DNA of 59,121 nt, the filler included, from Squatina squatina (Eukaryota): assembly GCA_031763465.1 (NCBI GenBank). It is 4 parts of 4 records of this genome, joined end to end, with 100 filler letters (N's around TTAATTAATTAA, not from the genome) between each part and the next. Parts side by side here need not be neighbours in the genome. Positions count along the whole stretch, not along the records: positions 46,563 to 59,121 come from JARFOE010000013.1; 3 more parts are not named here. One strand, given 5' to 3'. Shown piece by piece: positions 52,309 through 59,121 of the stretch. The position numbers were made by a program, and so were the translations under genes. The notes under the pieces were generated by a model that was not told where the DNA came from, did not search any database, and saw nothing but the letters and a program-made list of their open reading frames with translations. The number at the start of each line of letters is the position of its first letter. The stretch's first letter is position 1.

Positions 52309-53559
52309 TAGCTTAAAAGCATAACATTTATGAATATTCTAGCCCCCTAAAACAGGAATGAGCAAGTTCTCCCTCGCACTCTGGCTCCAGCTCTGGCCAC
52401 ACCGAGTGTGAAGCCACAACCCGAGAAACTTTCACTAAAGAGCAAACTTCCACACCAGTGTCTTCTCGGCAACCAATACACACACAAGTCAAGTCTGTCA
52501 GATTCATAGAGCTGGACTGAAGTGGAGAAAATTCAAGCCAAATAGTCCTCAGCTTGGTGGGAGATTTCAGAGTTGTTGTAACTGGTGCAATGAAGTGGCC
52601 AGGCGCTGTTTTATTGGCGAGCTGTGGTGAAATGGTTNNNNNNNNNNNNNNNNNNNNNNNNNNNNNNNNNNNNNNNNNNNNNNNNNNNNNNNNNNNNNNN
52701 NNNNNNNNNNNNNNNNNNNNNNNNNNNNNNNNNNNNNCTCAAGTAGACTTTTACAATGATTCCCAAATCTTCAAAATGCCACAAACCTTTGCATAGTATC
52801 TGTGAAAGCCAAAGGCACAGTTTCAACCATTTTAGTTTTGAACTTTCACCTTTGTTTTACAAAATTTTAATACCAAAGATCCGCCTGAGCCACCGGGACA
52901 GCTTATTATGCAGATGATGCTAAAATGATAGCTTAGCTGCACAAGGTCTGCACAGTTGAGGTTGCCTGGATTACACAACTCCAATAGAACATTACTACTG
53001 GCTCTTCAGTTTCTCACACCACTCGACAATTGCATTATATCTTGTTGCATCGTTTGTCCAGTCATAGCAACAGTCTGATTTCTGCCGATGAGGCAGATAC
53101 CTCTTTGTGGCACACTGCTAAGAATATGATCAAGAAATCAATTTCAAGGTGGCAGTGATTGATAACATAGGTTGTTATATACTTGGCAGATAATGGCAAG
53201 TAATCTTATAAGTGCTGAGCTGGAACATCACCCAGAAAACACCAGCCCATATTACAATGTTCCGCACTTTTTTAACCATTCCTTATTTATGAACTTGTGT
53301 AGCACTTACTTCATCCCCCTACTTTGAATTGTAATGCAGTATCTGTATTCAGTAAGCATTCTTGGCTGTGCAGTGCAATTACAACAAAAACAAGATTGGG
53401 CCATCTATTTAACATCTTTTGAGACACAGCTTTTAACTCTGAGAACCATGGTAACATAAAACAGGACCTAAATGTCAGTTACATTTGTGTGTTGGGTGTT
53501 TAAAGCTTGAGTTTAAGTTAAGTACACATTGTAATTCATTTTTAATCCATGTTCTGAAG

Positions 53560-54319
53560 GAACGTACCAGGGACAGTGGGCCGGAGGAATGCGTCATGGA
53601 TATGGTGTACGCCAGAGTGTACCATTTGGTATGGCCACAGTCATCCGCTCACCACTCCGAACTTCCCTAGCATCGCTTCGAAGTGAACAGAGCAATGGCA
53701 CAATTCTACATGATATATCTGCAGATAGTCCAGCTGGTACAAGAGGTGGGTTTGTCCTCACATTTCACAGTGATACAGAATTAATGACTGGCAAGAAAAA
53801 GGGCTTTTTCAGAAGAGGATCACTCCTGGGAAATCTAAAGCTCAAAAGGTCCGAGTCCAAGTCATCCTTGGCTAGCAAACGTAGCTCTGCTCGGAGTGAA
53901 GCATCAATGAGTAGAATAAGTTCAGCAAATAGTGACGCCAATTCAACAATCAGTTTTGGAGAAGGTGATTCTGAATATTTACCAGTGGAAGACCATGTCG
54001 ATGCTACCACAACTGAATCATATACAGGGGAATGGAAAAATGATAAACGCAGTGGGTTTGGTATNNNNNNNNNNNNNNNNNNNNNNNNNNNNNNNNNNNN
54101 NNNNNNNNNNNNNNNNNNNNNNNNNNNNNNNNNNNNNNNNNNNNNNNNNNNNNNNNNNNNNNNNNNNNNNNNNNNNNNNNNNNNNNNNNNNNNNNNNNNN
54201 AAAAAACACCTTATACCCATCAGAACCAGCAAAATTAAAGAAAAAGTGGGGAGAGCGACAGAAGGAGCACATCGAGCAGCAGCAATTGCCAGAACAAAAG
54301 TGGATATAGCAGCTTCGAG
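53560..54319 (+). CDS. JPH1: Junctophilin-1 exon 2 (MORN repeats, joining region, helix start), with frame-preserving 136-N gap at 54065-54200
   Basis: GAAG|GA acceptor in phase with exon 1; [46 protein letters not shown]...[12 protein letters not shown]...[11 protein letters not shown] (JPH1-type); AG|GTGAGT donor. Confidence 0.95.
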
Positions 54320-55361
54320 GTGAGTAATCATATTGTTTAGGTTAGCTTTGCTTTGACTGACTTCTAAAGTTACTTTAAACATGATTAATTTGAACACCAT
54401 ATGAAATAACTTTTAATGTTTGCAAGTTTTTAAGATAAATGTGGTAAGTGGTCTTGTTCAAACCTACAATTGCTCTGACCGTCTCATAATATAACAACTT
54501 AATGAAGAAGCAAACTAGACTTAGAAAATATGCTGCATTTCTTTTTTTTGCATTTTCTCCTGTCTCCTAAAAGCGATGACTCAATAATTATATCCCCTCC
54601 CCAGCCGAGGTCAAAAATGATGCATTTCTGAGATTCTATTGTACCAGTTTCTAAACCTGTATTATGCTTTTTTTACTGAAATTAATCCATCAAGAACTGA
54701 CCTTCCTTTGCACCACTCGAAATATGCACTGCTTTCAGTGATTGCTGTAAACTTTTATACGTATTTTGTATGTTCTATGTATGTATGTATGTATTGGCTG
54801 TTCAAGTTATTTTGTTCTGTAGACCTATGAGAGCAGTGATGGATGCCTTCACTTCCTGTCCATAGAACAATGCCTCTCTTGTTGAACAATGTTTTGTTGT
54901 CGAACAATGTTTTGTTGTCAGTCACTTGTGGTGATGAAAGTACTTGTGAAACTGAAATTCCCAATTTATGTACCTGGAAAATGACAAACTTATTATGAAG
55001 TAAAATTGGAGAATTGTGTAGAGTATTGATCATAATATTTATTTGTACGGGTTGAGAATAGCAAAAATTGTACCATATCAGTTGAGGAGTTCAGCTATAG
55101 TTTTGAAGCGTTGATATTGAACAATTTTCAAGAGCAATTGTGCCTGACTACTTTCAAATTGCGACAAGTAATGACTCCCCTGAAATGTGTTGTCAAATTT
55201 ATGTTTCTTCCTTGTTCTCACTGAAATGATCACAGATGTAATAGCTCTGCTTCTTGCATTGCCTGTTGAACCCATGATATTACTCATTGTAACAGCCAAT
55301 ATGAAAAATGGGGAAATGCATTATTTTGGCAAGATATAAATTCAATATTTCGATGTGAGTA

Positions 55362-55708
55362 TTGAAGATTGAGAGATGATCTAATTGAGTGTGTTTAAGA
55401 TGATTAAAGGTTTTGATAGGGTGAATAGAGCAAAAGTATATCCTATGGTGGGGGAGTTAAAATTAGAGCTAAACCATCAGGGGTGACGTCAGAAAGCACT
55501 TCTTCAACAAAGGGTAGTGAAAATCTGGAACTCTCTCCCCAGAAAAGCTGTTGAGGCTCAGTCAATTGAAAATTTCAAAACTAAGATTAATAGATTTTTG
55601 ATTGGTAAGGGTATTAAGGGTTATGAAACCAAGGTGGGAGTAGATGGAGTTAAGATGCAGAACAGGCTCGAGGGGCTGAATGGCCTCGTCCTATTCCTAT
55701 GTTCCTAA
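55362..55708 (+). mobile_element. CR1 LINE 3' end (ORF2 C-terminus plus tail)
   Basis: KIWNSLPRKAVEAQSIENFKTKINRFL motif; tail GGGCTGAATGGCCT..TTCCTATGTTCCT. Confidence 0.85.
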
Positions 55709-57756
55709 TATTTTGACTTTTGAGTTTTAATAGAAAGATTAAAAGGTATGCTGTGCACCTCTCCCCAGCCAATTATTACTTTACTGTACAGGCTGATATA
55801 TGAACTATACTCTTATTAAGTCTGTGACACTGATGAACTTAAATTATTGACTTGCCTTTCACCATGACAGCATTAAAAAATGCCAGTGTAAGTTAAAGAT
55901 GATCTAATCAAACCTGGGCTATTCAGCAATAGTGAAGTTAATGTCTGTTTCTCCCAGTGCCACATTTACTCCAACCATTGCCACTGTGCGCACCAGTCAA
56001 ACTGTCTTTTTTAGAACATTAAAGGGCCTGCACTATGTGCTGCTGAGGGTTTGGGACTTGAGCCATTTTCAAGCTCCATAAATTAAATAATGACAAAAGA
56101 AATGCTGTTTGGCGGTGAAGCTTGTAAGCATTTAATCCAATGGTAAAATATATAATGGTCTTTGATGTGTCTGTGACATTTGGCCAAAAATATAATATAA
56201 TTGTGATTATAAGATCATCAGTTTGGGAACACTCAGACATCTGAAATTTGGCCCTAGACCTACTCCATTGAGCTTCATTCCTCATGGATATTATCCGTTG
56301 TTATTTGTGAANNNNNNNNNNNNNNNNNNNNNNNNNNNNNNNNNNNNNNNNNNNNNNNNNNNNNNNNNNNNNNNNNNNNNNNNNNNNNNNNNNNNNNNNN
56401 NNNNNNNNNNNATTTCTACATTAGTCCCTTTGTGGATGCAATCTCATCTGTTTGAAACCTAATGCTAGATGTCTAAGCTGTCCAGGTGCTTTTCACTAGA
56501 AGGTGTCAATTGAGTTGGGACCAAAGGAATTGGCAAGGCAGTCCCAGAATATACATGATACCAGTAACTTCAGTTATTTCTAGTAGAGATGCAATGTTTA
56601 CAACAATTATACCATCATCAATGGCTCAAAAATGTTAAATGTTTGCTGTGAACTGTTGAATGTGAACTTTATTTCTGCAGTGCAATTATCAAATGTTTAA
56701 TATTTACAATGTTGGTAATGTTCTACCAGAGAGTATTGATGCTTCTCAGTGCCCTGCATTTTAAAAGTATCCAGTTGGTTTTAAGAAACAATTATTATAG
56801 TGTGTCCATGTTTTAATCTGTCGAAACCCTTTAAGTGTGTTCGCTTGAAGACTATGACTGCATATTTTTTTAAAAACTGGAGAGAGCTTGATTGTTTTGT
56901 TCAAAGTTCAATTGGAAGGATATGCGATATAAAGAAGAAAATTAATCCATTCTCTACCAATTGTAATCTCTTGTCTTGGTGAGCAAATGACATCCAAAAT
57001 ATGTAATGTTAAAAAGAGAGATCGCAGAAAGTGACACTGCCGGATGCTGCACACATGCTTTCAAAGTGGCAAATGGCATTCAGTACTAGAGGATTAATAT
57101 TCAGTGTATGAATCAACCAGACGAAGGGGATTCTGCTTTCTTCAGACTGGTTTCTTTAGACGATCCAACTTCTATCCAGTTTATAAAAACATTATTGTCG
57201 CAGCTCTCTTATGCAAAGCATTACATGAAGTCTATGGATTCCTTTCAGTTGTCTGTTTAAGTTTCACTGAGAGGATTTATCTTTCAATTTTTTTTATGTC
57301 ACCCGTAGCCCAGTCTTCACTGGCATAAAATCTAGATTATTTGTAGCATTTTATAAAAATAGTTGGGTTAGCAAGAATGAAAACCTCTTCAGATGAGAAT
57401 ACACATGTTGTTCTGGTGTGTCAGCAGAGAACTCTTACTAAATAAGGCAATGCACGAGTTGGCTTATCAGCAGTTGACAGGAATATAGTCTACTAACAGC
57501 TGATATAGAAGCCTATCACTACTGCGCTGTCATCTGCTCAGAGTTTTATACAGATTATGTTCATCACCAGCTAGACTGCTGATTCAATGAAAATTCAACT
57601 GCTACAGTGCATTTTACATTTGACTCTTCAAGCCAAATCAGTCTGTAGTACTCGAGCCCCCGAACATTACTCTACAAGGTCTTAACTTTTCACGTGTACT
57701 GTCCAAAACGATGAAGATTTGTAGTCCCTGTTACTCTTAAAAGACACTGTTTTCTT

Positions 57757-57960
57757 TTATACAAACAGAAAATGCTGGAAAATCTCAGCAGGTCAGGCAG
57801 TATCTGTGAAGAGAGAAACAGAGTTAACGTTTCGGGTTGATGACCCTTCGTCAGAACTGAAAAAAGTTAGAAATATAGCAGGTTTTTAAGCAAGTGCAGG
57901 GCAGGGAAAGGGGGGAGGGGGAAGGAAAGAACAAAAGAGAAGGTCTGTGATCGGGTGGAC
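57757..57960 (-). mobile_element. Penelope-like element terminal repeat fragment (related pieces at 43261-43312, 46563-46635 and 38570-38740)
   Basis: AAATGCTGGAAAATCTCAGCAGGTCAGGCAG..TCTGTG..GAGAGAAACAGAGTTAACGTTTCGGG; its reverse complement recurs elsewhere in the window; contains a hammerhead core. Family assignment is inferred. Confidence 0.65.
57822..57858 (-). ncRNA. Minimal type I hammerhead ribozyme motif
   Basis: Minus strand AGUU-CUGACGA-A-GGGU(CAUCA)ACCC-GAAA-CG-UU-AACU: helix I AGUU/AACU, conserved core, 4-bp helix II, palindromic ACGU helix III, GUU cleavage triplet. Confidence 0.72.
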
Positions 57961-58439
57961 TTTAGGAATTAATTTGTATGGATTTGATTAATTTATAATG
58001 AAAACCNNNNNNNNNNNNNNNNNNNNNNNNNNNNNNNNNNNNNNNNNNNNNNNNNNNNNNNNNNNNNNNNNNNNNNNNNNNNNNNNNNNNNNNNNNNNNN
58101 NNNNNNTTGGGATAAAGTTGCAGGTGGGTCCTAATGGCGTCATCGTAGCTTGAAAAGAAGAAGCCGACCCTTGGGCTGAGGTTTTCTTTCCTTCCATCCC
58201 CCGTCAACCCCACCCCACTAGTCTTTCAGCAGATTTGTCATCAAAAGCTGCTTGGAATGCATTGACATCAATGGAAAAGAAAATTGGATGTGGTGTAAAA
58301 CGGGCTGAAGATTTGCTATATTTTGCGCTATTGGTATTGAACTATTTCACCCCACCGAATTCAAATTCCTTTACAAGTACCTCAACAGCCCGGCCCACCC
58401 TATCTCTGGAACCTCCGCCAGACTTCCGTCCCTGTCCTT

Positions 58440-58682
58440 CTGACCTTTGACTCTGGCCTCCTGTGCAATGCTGCAATCCCCACTCCAGCATCAGGTGGTA
58501 GAGCTGTTTCAGCTCCACACTCTGGAGCTTGCTCCCTGTGCCCTTCCAGCTTGCTGCTTATTTCCCCCTTAAAGGCCTCCTAAAAACTATGCTTTTGTTT
58601 ATCTCTCCTAAATCTTCTATTACTGCTCTGGGTTCACTTCTCTGTGAAGCACCTTGGAACATTTAACTATGTTTAGGATGTT
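58440..58682 (+). mobile_element. Decayed L2 3' end
   Basis: CTCTGGCCTC..GGTGG..CTCTGGA..CTCCCT..CTCCTAAAAAC..CTGTGAAGCACCTTGGAACATTT..CTATGTT; tail matches the reverse complement of the repeat at about 9690-9740. Confidence 0.55.
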
Positions 58683-59121
58683 GGGATAGAACTTATCTAC
58701 TTGTTCCGCTGCAGGCGGTAGTCAATAATAGTTTCAGTGATTAATTTATCACCCGTACTGAGGAAGACCCTCCTTATTTTAGAAGGACGGACTTACTAAA
58801 ATTTACCTGATCACCCTGTGAGAAAGCTTGATACTCCCCGAAGAATAGCTGAGATACAGAAGCAGCAAGTTATCAAGAGTTCAATCCATGTCATACCATT
58901 CTCCATTATTGTGTGTTATCTTACTTGAAATGTATACTTTACAGATCTTGGTGTGTGAATGAGAGGCTAGTCTCTTTGTGTACAAAGTGAGCATTCCAGT
59001 GACAAAAAAAAGCTTCCAATGTGTCTGTTTCAAACTCTCTTTCACAACTCAGTTTGGAAAGCAATACTAAACTGTTGATAGTTGTGTTTTATCTGAAACA
59101 CATTACTCAAGTAACTTTTCG

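Overview
Vertebrate genomic DNA, most likely from a cartilaginous fish (inferred from the repeat landscape: SacSINE1/Deu-SINE-like, CR1, L2, RTE and Penelope-type elements). It comes from a fragmentary assembly with many N gaps. Three artificial 100-bp linkers (44 N + TTAATTAATTAA + 44 N) split the window into four probably unrelated scaffolds. Scaffold 1 (1-15143) holds RTE/L2/SINE repeats and the last two exons of TBC1D9 (-). Scaffold 2 (15244-32318) is non-coding with no confidently identified exon. Scaffold 3 (32419-46462) holds four exons of RASGRF2 (-), matching human exons 1, 3, 7 and 14. Scaffold 4 (46563-59121) holds GDAP1 exon 2 (-), divergent to JPH1 exons 1-2 (+). The most notable non-obvious signal is an intact minimal hammerhead ribozyme motif in a Penelope-like repeat (57822-57858, -), with a decayed second copy at 38657-38691. 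I found no convincing wholly new biological system. Gene identifications rest on recalled human protein sequences, not on database searches.
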